A stretch of DNA of 16,102 nucleotides from Halobacteriaceae archaeon (GCA_042216675.1 JBDGTS010000045.1:1-16102); one strand, 5' to 3'. Positions 7,986 to 16,049 are shown, numbered from the stretch's first letter. Translations and numbers: made by a program. Notes: generated from the sequence alone by a model not told the origin.

Positions 7986-8840
7986 ATGCAGGTGCCACGT
8001 CCCCGACGCGGCGCGCGTGCGGCCCGGTCAGCGAGTCAGTCGGTGTACGCGACGACCATCGACGTGCTGTTCACGGGCGTCGCCGTCGTCGTCCCCCTCG
8101 TCATCACCGTCTACGTGCTGAAGGCGGCCTACGACTTCCTCGTGGACACGATCGACCCGTTCGTGCGCCTCGTCAACTACGTCCTCCCGAGCGTCGGCCT
8201 TGCCGACCTGCCACTCGTCGGCGGCCTCCTCGTGTGGCTGTTCGACCTCCCGGGCCTCTCGCTCGTGAGCCAGTTCGCCTCGCTGTTGGTGATGCTCGGC
8301 GTCATCGGTTTCGTCGGCATCCTCGCACGGAACCGCTACGGCGAGCATCTCATCGAGTCGTTCGAGGGGGCAGTGATGGCCGTGCCCGGCATCGGGAGCG
8401 TCTACAAGAGTTTCCGGCGGATGAGTGACGTGATGATGGAGAGCGACGCGAGCAACTTTCAGGACGTGAAACTCGTGGAGTTCCCGTACCGCGACGTGTA
8501 CGTCATCGGCTTCGTGACGAACGACACGCCCCCCGCTGTCGAGGAGGCGGCAGGCGAGGAGGAGATGCAGACGCTGTTCTTGCCGCTGGCGCCGAACCCG
8601 TTCATGGGCGGCCACCTCACGAACGTCCCGACGGACCGCATCCTCGACGTGGACATGACCGTCGAAGAGGGGGTGCGGACCATCATCACCACCGGTATCG
8701 CGACGCCGCAGGGCGACGGCGACGAGGAGATGGCGGAGCTCGGCGTCGACGACTTGCCGACGGTGGAGTCGCTCGAGGAGCTAGTCGAACGGGAGCGAGA
8801 GCGCGTCCGCAAGTGGGAGGAGCGCCGCCACGAGGAGTAG
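7986..8840 (+). CDS. DUF502 family membrane protein
   Basis: TGVAVVVPLVITVYVL, VPGIGSVYKSFRR, LVEFP...IGFVT, LFLPLAPNPFMGG, MTVEEGVRTIITTG. Confidence 0.85.
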   Translation: MQVPRPRRGARAARSASQSVYATTIDVLFTGVAVVVPLVITVYVLKAAYDFLVDTIDPFVRLVNYVLPSVGLADLPLVGGLLVWLFDLPGLSLVSQFASLLVMLGVIGFVGILARNRYGEHLIESFEGAVMAVPGIGSVYKSFRRMSDVMMESDASNFQDVKLVEFPYRDVYVIGFVTNDTPPAVEEAAGEEEMQTLFLPLAPNPFMGGHLTNVPTDRILDVDMTVEEGVRTIITTGIATPQGDGDEEMAELGVDDLPTVESLEELVERERERVRKWEERRHEE

Positions 8841-8851
8841 CGGCCCGGGCG

Positions 8852-8857
8852 TTTATG
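8852..8857 (+). promoter_or_regulatory. TATA box of phr (probably leaderless)
   Basis: TTTATG ends 24 nt before ATG 8882. Confidence 0.6.
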
Positions 8858-8881
8858 ACCTCGCCGAGCGACGGGTCGCTG

Positions 8882-10255
8882 ATGCCCACACTGTTCTGGC
8901 ACCGGCGGGACCTGCGCGTCGCGGATAACGTCGGCCTCGCGGCCGCGTCCGACCCCGTGATTCCGGTCTTCGTCCTCGACGACGACGTCCTCGAACACGC
9001 GGGGCCATCTCGCGTGGCGTTTCTGGCCGATGCGCTCGAATCGCTGCGCGCCGACTACCGCACCCGTGACGGCGACTTGCTCGTCGTCCGGGGCGACCCG
9101 GCGACGGAACTCCCCCGCCTCGCGGCCGATTACGGGGCGGACACGGTGCGCTGGAACCGCGACTACTCGGGACTGGCCGCGGAACGCGACGAGGGCGTGC
9201 GCGCGGCGCTGACCGAGTGCGACGTGACGGTCACCGACGACGCACTCCTCCACGTCCCGGGGAGTATCACGACGAACGCCGGCGACCACTACTCCGTGTT
9301 CTCCTACTTCTGGGACAAGTGGCGGGACCGACCCAAGGACGAGCCCTGCGCCCCGCCGGCATCGGTCGTGGACGTGTCGAGCGACGGCGTTCCAGCCCTC
9401 GACGCCGACCCCGAAGCCGACGTGCCGCCGGCCGGCACCGACGCCGCGCGGGACCTACTGGCCGACTTCTGCGCCGCCGACGTCTACGACTACGCCGAGG
9501 CCCGGGACTACCCCGCCCGCGAGGGCACGTCGCGCCTCTCGCCGCATCTCCACTTCGGCACCATCGGGGTTCGGGAGGTGTACGACGCGACGGAGGATGC
9601 GAAGGCGGACGCCGATGACGAAGACGCGGCGGAGAGCGTAACCGAGTACCAGCGACAACTCGCGTGGCGGGAGTTCTACGCGCACGCTCTCGCCGCTCGG
9701 CCGGACGTCGTGACCGCGAACTACCGCGAGTACGAGAACGACATCGAGTGGCGCGACGACCCCGACGAACTGGCGGCGTGGAAGCGCGGCGAGACTGGCT
9801 ATCCGCTCGTCGACGCCGGCATGCGGCAACTCCGGGCCGAGGCGTACATGCACAACCGCGTGCGGATGGTCGTCGCGTCGTTCCTCACGAAGGACCTGCT
9901 CGTCGACTGGCGCGAGGGGTACCGGTGGTTCCGACGGCGCCTCGTGGACCACGACCCGGCGAACGACGCCGGCGGGTGGCAGTGGGCCGCCGGCACCGGC
10001 GCCGACGCTCAACCGTACTTCCGGGTGTTCAACCCCGCGACGCAGTGCGAGCGCTTCGACCCCGAGGGCGAGTACGTCCGCGAGTACGTGCCCGAACTCC
10101 GCGGCGTCGACGCGGACGCGATTCACGACTGGCCGACCCTCGACCCGGCCGAGCGCGAGCGCCTCGCACCGGAGTACTCCGCCCCCATCGTCGACCACAG
10201 CGAGCGACGCGAGGAGGCCATCGCGATGTTCGAACGGGCGCGCGGCGAGGACTGA
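8882..10255 (+). CDS. phr: Class I-type deoxyribodipyrimidine photolyase / cryptochrome family protein
   Basis: LFWHRRDLRVADN, TSRLSPHLHFG, LAWREFY, TGYPLVDAGMRQL, MHNRVRMVVASFL, GGWQW, PYFRVFNP, FDPEGEYVREYVPEL. Confidence 0.95.
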   Translation: MPTLFWHRRDLRVADNVGLAAASDPVIPVFVLDDDVLEHAGPSRVAFLADALESLRADYRTRDGDLLVVRGDPATELPRLAADYGADTVRWNRDYSGLAAERDEGVRAALTECDVTVTDDALLHVPGSITTNAGDHYSVFSYFWDKWRDRPKDEPCAPPASVVDVSSDGVPALDADPEADVPPAGTDAARDLLADFCAADVYDYAEARDYPAREGTSRLSPHLHFGTIGVREVYDATEDAKADADDEDAAESVTEYQRQLAWREFYAHALAARPDVVTANYREYENDIEWRDDPDELAAWKRGETGYPLVDAGMRQLRAEAYMHNRVRMVVASFLTKDLLVDWREGYRWFRRRLVDHDPANDAGGWQWAAGTGADAQPYFRVFNPATQCERFDPEGEYVREYVPELRGVDADAIHDWPTLDPAERERLAPEYSAPIVDHSERREEAIAMFERARGED

Positions 10256-10306
10256 CGGCGCGAACTGAAATTTTTACGTCGGAAATGTCTTGTTGCAAAC
10301 GCATTT

Positions 10307-11215
10307 ATGAGCGTACTTCCGGAAGCGACGGCCGCGGAGACAGTAGTGACAGACGGCGCGCGGCGGGCAGGAGACGCCGGCCGAGCGTTCGTCCGGAGTC
10401 CGGTGTTCCCCGGCGCACTCGCCGTGTCGAAGGGCGTCGTCTCGCTGACGCTCCTCTCGGCGGCGCTGAACCCCGTCCTGTTCGCAATCGGTTTCCTCGT
10501 CGCCGTGACGGTGTACACGCACAACCGACTGACGGACCTCGGTGAAGACGCCGTGAACCGCCCCGACGCAGCGGCGATGGCGGCCCGACGGAAGCGACTC
10601 CTCGGCGCTCTCGCCGGCGGGTCGTACGTCGCGGCGCTCGGGCTCGCGGCGCTGGGCGGCCTCGTGGCCGTCGCCGTGGTGCTGTTGCCCGGCGTCGCGG
10701 CCGCGGCGTACAGCGAACCGTGGCTCCCCGTCACCGGCTACGACCGACTGAAGGAGGTGCCCGTCGTGAACACCGTCGTGACGGCCGGCGCGTGGGCGCT
10801 CCCCCTCGGCTACCTGCCGGTGGCTTTCGCGGGCACGGCCGCGGGCCTCGCCCCAGCCCTCGTCGCGACGTTCCTCTTCTTGCGCACCGCCGGTGCGAGC
10901 GAAGTGCTGAACGCACGCGACGTCGATGGTGACCGAGAGGCGGGCGTCGTCACGGTGCCGATTGCCCTCGGCGTCGCCCGGACGCGTCACGTGCTCTACG
11001 CCGTCGACGCCGCCGCGGCGCTGACGCTCACCGTCGGCGTCGCGGCGGGCGCTCTGCCGACGGCCGTCGCCCTCGGTCTCCTGCCGGGACTCGCGTACTC
11101 CGTCCTGTTGACGCGCCGTCTCGGGCGCACTGACCCGGACGTCCTCGCCGTCGCCAAGGACGGCGAGTACGGGGTGTTCGCGGCAGGGGCGCTCGCCGCC
11201 GGATTGTTTCTGTAA
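10307..11215 (+). CDS. UbiA family membrane prenyltransferase
   Basis: NRLTDLGEDAVNRP (NxxxDxxxD), YS-x-P...RLKEVP and RDVDGDREAGVVT (DxxGD) motifs; many TM helices. Confidence 0.88.
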   Translation: MSVLPEATAAETVVTDGARRAGDAGRAFVRSPVFPGALAVSKGVVSLTLLSAALNPVLFAIGFLVAVTVYTHNRLTDLGEDAVNRPDAAAMAARRKRLLGALAGGSYVAALGLAALGGLVAVAVVLLPGVAAAAYSEPWLPVTGYDRLKEVPVVNTVVTAGAWALPLGYLPVAFAGTAAGLAPALVATFLFLRTAGASEVLNARDVDGDREAGVVTVPIALGVARTRHVLYAVDAAAALTLTVGVAAGALPTAVALGLLPGLAYSVLLTRRLGRTDPDVLAVAKDGEYGVFAAGALAAGLFL

Positions 11216-11282
11216 CCTCTGTCCTTAATTTTTGACCCGAAGGTAGAAATGACTTCGTGGTAAATCGCCGCCGGGGCACACC

Positions 11283-12965
11283 GTGGCAGTCTCACCATCA
11301 GTCGCAGTCTGGGTTCTCTGCATCGCCGCCCTCGTGGCGCTTGTCGTCGCCGCACTCGCGTGGCGCAATCGCGAGCGACCCGCGGCCCCGGCGCTGGCAG
11401 TCGCGATGGTCGCCGAGGCGTGGTGGGCCGCCGGCTACGCGGCCGAACTGCTCGCCGGACCGGAGACGACGCTCCTCTGGGCGAACCTCCAGTGGTTCGG
11501 GAGCGTCTGGGTCGCCGTCGCGTGGTTCGTGTTCGCGCTGGAGTACACCGGCAAGGACCAGTACGTGAACGCGCGCTCTCTCGCGGCGCTCTCCGTCGTC
11601 CCGACGCTGTCGCTCCTCCTCGTCTGGACGAACAGCACGCATGGACTCGTTCGCCGCGGCATCCACACGGTTCCCGAGGGGTCGCTCACCATCCTTCAGC
11701 AGACGTTCGGCCCGGGGTTCTGGCTGGCAATCGGCTACGGGTACGCACTCGCGGCCGTCGGGTCGGGCCTGTTCCTCCTGTTGCTCGTCCGCTCGCCGTC
11801 GCTGTTCGGGGCGCAGGCCGTCGCCGTCCTCGTGGCCGCGGCCGCGCCCGCCGTCGGGAACGTCCTCTATCTGACCGGGACCCTCCCGTGGCCGTGGTTC
11901 GACCCGACGCCGGTGAGTTTCGCCGTCTCGGGCGTGGCTGGGGTGTACGCCATTCGGAGCGAACGGCTGTTCGAGCGGACGTCCGTCCCGCAGGCGCTCG
12001 GTCGCTCAGCCGTCGTCGACGGAATGGACGACGGGGTCGTGGTCGCCGACGCCGACGGGCGCATCGTGGACGTGAACCCCGCAGCGAGGGAGTGTCTGGG
12101 CGTCTCCGACCCCGTCGGTCGGCAGGCCGCGGCCGTCGTGCCGGGCTTCGACGAGGAGGGGGCCGAAGACGAGGTGATCGTCAGCGGTGGGCCGGGGGAG
12201 GCCGACCGATACCTCGACGTGCGCGCCTCGATGATACGTGACCACCACGACCGGCCGGTGGGGACGGCGCTCGTTCTGCGCGACGTCACCGACCGGCACT
12301 ACCGCCGCCAGCAGCTCTCGGTTCTGAACCGCGCGCTCAGACACAACATCCGCAACGAGGTGAGCGTCATCGAGGGGTTCGCGGACCTGTACCGGAGCGG
12401 CGACGTGGACGGCGACAGACTCGCGTCCGTCACGGCGAGCCACGCCGGGAAGGTGCTGGACATGGCCGAGAAGGCCCGGACGGCGGAGACGGTGCTGAGC
12501 GCCGCTGACGCCAACCGCGACCCCGTGGCCGTCGGGGAGACGGTTCGATCCGCCGTCGAGGACGTGGCCGCGGCGTTTCCGGACGTCACAGTCGAGATGA
12601 CGGAAGCGCCCGCTGAGCGGGTGCAGTGTCGGTGGCTGTTGGGACCCGTCGTCGAGAACCTCGTGGAGAACGGAGCCGAACACAACACCGCGGCGGACCC
12701 GTGGGTGCGCATCGCGGCGTCGGCGGACGCGGACACCGTGACGGTGACGGTCAGCGACAACGGCCCCGGCATTCCGAAAATGGAGGCCGACGTGGTGCGG
12801 GACAGGGGTGAGACGCCCACCCACCACGGGCAGGGCATCGGCCTCTGGCTCGTGGCGTGGGGCGTCGACCGGATGGGTGGCGAGGTGTCCTTCGAGCGGG
12901 CATCCGAGGGCGGGACGGTGGTGACGGTGACGATGCCCAGAGCCGACGAGGCCGAGGGCAGTTGA
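11283..12965 (+). CDS. Sensor histidine kinase: N-terminal 7TM (HisKA_7TM-like), PAS, HisKA and HATPase domains
   Basis: Hydrophobic N-terminal region (FALEYTG, LVWTN, DPTPVSF), PAS (DGVVVADADGRIVDVNPAA...LRDVTDR), H-box LRHNIRN, N-box NLVENGAEHN, G1 SDNGPGIP, G2 HGQGIGLWLV. GTG start. Confidence 0.92.
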   Translation: MAVSPSVAVWVLCIAALVALVVAALAWRNRERPAAPALAVAMVAEAWWAAGYAAELLAGPETTLLWANLQWFGSVWVAVAWFVFALEYTGKDQYVNARSLAALSVVPTLSLLLVWTNSTHGLVRRGIHTVPEGSLTILQQTFGPGFWLAIGYGYALAAVGSGLFLLLLVRSPSLFGAQAVAVLVAAAAPAVGNVLYLTGTLPWPWFDPTPVSFAVSGVAGVYAIRSERLFERTSVPQALGRSAVVDGMDDGVVVADADGRIVDVNPAARECLGVSDPVGRQAAAVVPGFDEEGAEDEVIVSGGPGEADRYLDVRASMIRDHHDRPVGTALVLRDVTDRHYRRQQLSVLNRALRHNIRNEVSVIEGFADLYRSGDVDGDRLASVTASHAGKVLDMAEKARTAETVLSAADANRDPVAVGETVRSAVEDVAAAFPDVTVEMTEAPAERVQCRWLLGPVVENLVENGAEHNTAADPWVRIAASADADTVTVTVSDNGPGIPKMEADVVRDRGETPTHHGQGIGLWLVAWGVDRMGGEVSFERASEGGTVVTVTMPRADEAEGS

Positions 12966-13004
12966 GTCACGCGCCGAACATGTGATGTGCTAGCGTACGA
13001 CTCC

Positions 13005-13052
13005 TAAACGTTTAACCCGAAGCCAACAGATGTTTGCGATGGGTGAACTCAC
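13005..13052 (+). promoter_or_regulatory. sod promoter and short leader
   Basis: TTTAAC (13011-13016) TATA-like box; SD-like GGTGA (13042-13046) before ATG 13054. Confidence 0.55.
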
Positions 13053-13053
13053 T

Positions 13054-13656
13054 ATGAGCAACTACGAACTTCCCCCGCTTCCGTACGACTACGACGCGCT
13101 CGAGCCACACATCAGCGAACAGGTGATGACGTGGCATCACGACACGCATCATCAGGGCTACGTCAACGGCTGGAACAGCGCCGAGGAGACGCTGGCCGAG
13201 AACCGCGAGGAGGGCGACTTCTCCTCGTCGGCCGGCGCGATGGGTAACGTGACCCACAACGGCTCCGGTCACATCCTGCACTCGCTGTTCTGGCAGTGCA
13301 TGGGGCCGGACGGCGGCGACGAGCCCTCCGGGGCGCTCGCGGCTCGCATTCAGGAGGACTTCGGGTCCTACGAAGCCTGGAAGGGCGAGTTCGAGGCCGC
13401 GGCCAAGGGCGCCGGCGGCTGGGCGCTGCTGGTGTACGACTCCTTCAGCAACCAGCTTCGCAACGTCACCGTCGACGGCCACGACGACGGTGCCCTGTGG
13501 GGCGCACATCCCATTCTGGCGCTCGACGTCTGGGAGCACTCCTACTACTACGACTACGGACCCGCCCGCGGCGACTTCATCGACGCGTTCTTCGAGGTCG
13601 TCGACTGGGAGGAGCCGGCCGACCGGTACGACGAGGCAGTCGCGCTGTTCGAGTAG
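13054..13656 (+). CDS. sod: Mn/Fe superoxide dismutase
   Basis: LPPLPYDYDALEPHIS, WHHDTHHQGYV, GHILHSLFW, FGS, GWALL, DVWEHSYY. An alternative in-frame ATG exists at 13039. Confidence 0.97.
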   Translation: MSNYELPPLPYDYDALEPHISEQVMTWHHDTHHQGYVNGWNSAEETLAENREEGDFSSSAGAMGNVTHNGSGHILHSLFWQCMGPDGGDEPSGALAARIQEDFGSYEAWKGEFEAAAKGAGGWALLVYDSFSNQLRNVTVDGHDDGALWGAHPILALDVWEHSYYYDYGPARGDFIDAFFEVVDWEEPADRYDEAVALFE

Positions 13657-13672
13657 AACCCCAGCCGTCACA

Positions 13673-13690
13673 CCTTCTCCGTTTATTTCC
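13673..13690 (+). terminator. Possible pyrimidine-rich terminator after sod
   Basis: CCTTCTCCGTTTATTTCC shortly after the stop codon, consistent with archaeal U-rich termination. Confidence 0.4.
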
Positions 13691-13746
13691 GGCCGCGTAG
13701 CCGCTGGTCCACCGGCGTTTTGTAGGCGGTAGCCGTAGACGCCGCT

Positions 13747-14013
13747 ATGCCCAGAGCGAAATCGGAGTTCGAGGCGATTCACCCCTGTGACTTCTACACC
13801 CCCGAGGAACTGCTGGAGGCGGGACAGATGTACACCGTCTACGAAATCGCGCGGCTGTTGCAGGGCCTCGACCCGGACGCCGAACTGGAGGCGGAGACGG
13901 AGACGGTGCTGCTGGACTGGGCCATCCCGTGGGTGATGTTCAACGCCGAGGAACTGGTGGTGGCGGAGCCACCCGCCGAGGACGAACCCGGGTATTACGG
14001 ACTGGCCGAGTAG
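13747..14013 (+). CDS. Small conserved haloarchaeal hypothetical protein (probably DUF5827 family)
   Basis: Acidic 88 aa with PCDFYTPEELL, YTVYEIARLLQG, LLDWAIPW, PGYYGL; TTTTGTA about 23 nt upstream. Family name recalled from memory, not verified. Confidence 0.75.
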   Translation: MPRAKSEFEAIHPCDFYTPEELLEAGQMYTVYEIARLLQGLDPDAELEAETETVLLDWAIPWVMFNAEELVVAEPPAEDEPGYYGLAE

Positions 14014-14058
14014 TGCGCCGACGCACTGGGGCCGTTCGCTCCGCGCGACCGACTCCCC

Positions 14059-14397
14059 TCAGTCGGCGTCCCGCGGCGCACTCACGAGCACCAATCGCGA
14101 CGGCTCGTCGCCGTTCACGATTTGGCGGGTATCCGCCGGATCGATGCGGAGCGCCTCGCCCTCGTCGAGCGCTACCGTCTCGTCCTCGACGTCGACGGCC
14201 ACGCCGCCCTCCACGACGTAGTACACCTCCTCTTGGCCCTCGTGGCTGTGCTCCTTGCCCGAGACGCCGGGTTCCAGTTCGAGGACCGTGAAGCCGAGTT
14301 CATCGGTGTCGAGCGCGTCCTTGAGGAACCACATGCCACCGGCGTCCTCGGGGAGGACCGATTCCACGTCGTCGAGACTCGCCTTCTGGTGTGCCAC
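14059..14397 (-). CDS. Cupin domain protein
   Basis: LEPG...HSHEGQEEVYYVVEG, GEALRIDP...RQIVN. GTG 14397 chosen because TTGAAG lies 24 nt upstream. Confidence 0.88.
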   Translation of the reverse strand: MAHQKASLDDVESVLPEDAGGMWFLKDALDTDELGFTVLELEPGVSGKEHSHEGQEEVYYVVEGGVAVDVEDETVALDEGEALRIDPADTRQIVNGDEPSRLVLVSAPRDAD

Positions 14398-14485
14398 ACT
14401 GACGGTTCGGTGGCGACGCACTTCAAGGTCGGACAGTCGCGGTAATTATGAGGGTGGGGGGCGGACTGTCGCCAACGCGACCCCC

Positions 14486-15496
14486 ATGGAACAGTACCAG
14501 TCACTCGTCGACACCGTCCTCCGCGAGGGGACGCACAAGCCGAACCGGACGGGCGTGGACACCGTGGCGGCCTTCAGCCAGCACTACGAGGTGGACCTCC
14601 AGCAGGGCTTCCCGCTTCTCACCACGAAGGACCTCGGGGGCGCGCGGTGGAACTCGCTCGTCCACGAACTGCTGTGGTATCTCTCCGGGCAGGAGCACAT
14701 CCGCGAGTTGCGCGAGAAGACCGGCATCTGGGACGCGTGGGCTGACGAGGAGGGCCGCGTCGACACCGCCTACGGCCGCTTCTGGCGGCGTTACCCCGTG
14801 CCCGAAGAGGGCGCGCAACTGCCCGGCGAGGCGTGGCCCGAGGACAGCCACCGGTGGATGAACGAGGACGAGCGGACGTTCGACCAGATTCAGTACGTCC
14901 TCGACCAACTGCGGGAGAATCCCCAATCCCGCCGCATCGTCGTCAACGCGTGGCACCCCGCGAACGCCGCCGTCTCGACCCTGCCGCCGTGTCACTACAC
15001 CTTCGTCTTCAACGTGCAGGGTGACGAACTCAACGTCCACCTCACCCAGCGGTCGGGCGACGTGGCGCTCGGGGTCCCATTCAACGTCGCGGCGTACTCC
15101 CTACTCGCGACGGCCGTCGCCCAGCAGACGGACTTCGAGCTGGGAAGGTTCGGCCACACCATCGTCGACGCGCACATCTACTGCGGAACGGGCGCCCGCG
15201 GCGACTGGTACGCCGAGCACCTCGACGAACTGCAGGCTCGCCTCGCCGACGTGGACGCCCGCGAGGAGTACGCGGACGTCGAGGCGTGGCTTCGCGCCGA
15301 GACGCCGGCCGACGAGACGGACGGCGAGAAGCCGGCCGACCACGTGCCGAACCTCCTGATGCAGTTGGGACGCGAGCCGCGCGAGCGGCCGACGGTCGAC
15401 GTGGCGGACAAGCCCCTCGACGACCTGACCTACGAGGACGTGGAACTGCGCGACTACGACCCCGCGCCGGGCATCGACTTTCGGGTCGCGGAGTGA
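14486..15496 (+). CDS. thyA: Thymidylate synthase (ThyA type; haloarchaeal hts-like)
   Basis: NRTGVDT, GFPLLTTK, ELLWYL, IWDAWAD, YGRFWR, SRRIVVNAWHP, LPPCH, QRSGDVALGVPFN, DAHIY. Start ATG 14486. Confidence 0.96.
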   Translation: MEQYQSLVDTVLREGTHKPNRTGVDTVAAFSQHYEVDLQQGFPLLTTKDLGGARWNSLVHELLWYLSGQEHIRELREKTGIWDAWADEEGRVDTAYGRFWRRYPVPEEGAQLPGEAWPEDSHRWMNEDERTFDQIQYVLDQLRENPQSRRIVVNAWHPANAAVSTLPPCHYTFVFNVQGDELNVHLTQRSGDVALGVPFNVAAYSLLATAVAQQTDFELGRFGHTIVDAHIYCGTGARGDWYAEHLDELQARLADVDAREEYADVEAWLRAETPADETDGEKPADHVPNLLMQLGREPRERPTVDVADKPLDDLTYEDVELRDYDPAPGIDFRVAE

Positions 15497-15978
15497 TGGA
15501 CGTCGTCATCATCGCCGCCGTCGCGGCGAACGGCGTCATCGGGGCCGACGGGGGGATTCCGTGGGACCTGCCCGCGGACCTCGCGCACTTCAAGCGCGCG
15601 ACGACGGGGCATCCGGTCATCATGGGGCGTCGCACCTACGAGAGCATCGCGGACCGAATCGGCGGCCCCCTGCCGGAGCGGACGAACGTCGTCCTCACGA
15701 CGCGGAACCTCGACGCGCCCGAGTCGGTGCGCACGGCTGAATCGGTCGACGTGGCACTTCACCACGCCGAGCAGACGGGCGCCGACAGGGCGTACGTGGC
15801 CGGGGGCGCGACGGTGTACGAGCAGTTCCTCCCCCGTGCCGACCGGATGGTGCTGACCGAACTCGACGACGCCTACGAGGGCGATACACACTTTCCCACG
15901 TGGGACGAAGACGCGTGGACGGCGGTGGCGCGGGACGAGCGTGACGGGTTCGCGTTCGTCACGTACGAGCGGGACTGA
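15496..15978 (+). CDS. folA: Dihydrofolate reductase (hdrB-like)
   Basis: NGVIG, IPWDLPADLAHFK, VIMGRRTYESI, PLPERTNVVL, AGGATVY, GDTHFP; TGATG overlap with the thyA stop. Confidence 0.96.
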   Translation: MDVVIIAAVAANGVIGADGGIPWDLPADLAHFKRATTGHPVIMGRRTYESIADRIGGPLPERTNVVLTTRNLDAPESVRTAESVDVALHHAEQTGADRAYVAGGATVYEQFLPRADRMVLTELDDAYEGDTHFPTWDEDAWTAVARDERDGFAFVTYERD

Positions 15979-16016
15979 GTGTGACGCGGACGCACGCCGT
16001 CGGCGAAACAAAACCG

Positions 16017-16022
16017 TTAAAC
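16017..16022 (+). promoter_or_regulatory. TATA box of tRNA gene
   Basis: TTAAAC preceded by an A-rich BRE-like stretch, 27 nt before the tRNA 5' end. Confidence 0.6.
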
Positions 16023-16049
16023 GAACTACCGCGTTAGGTGGAAGTGGAC

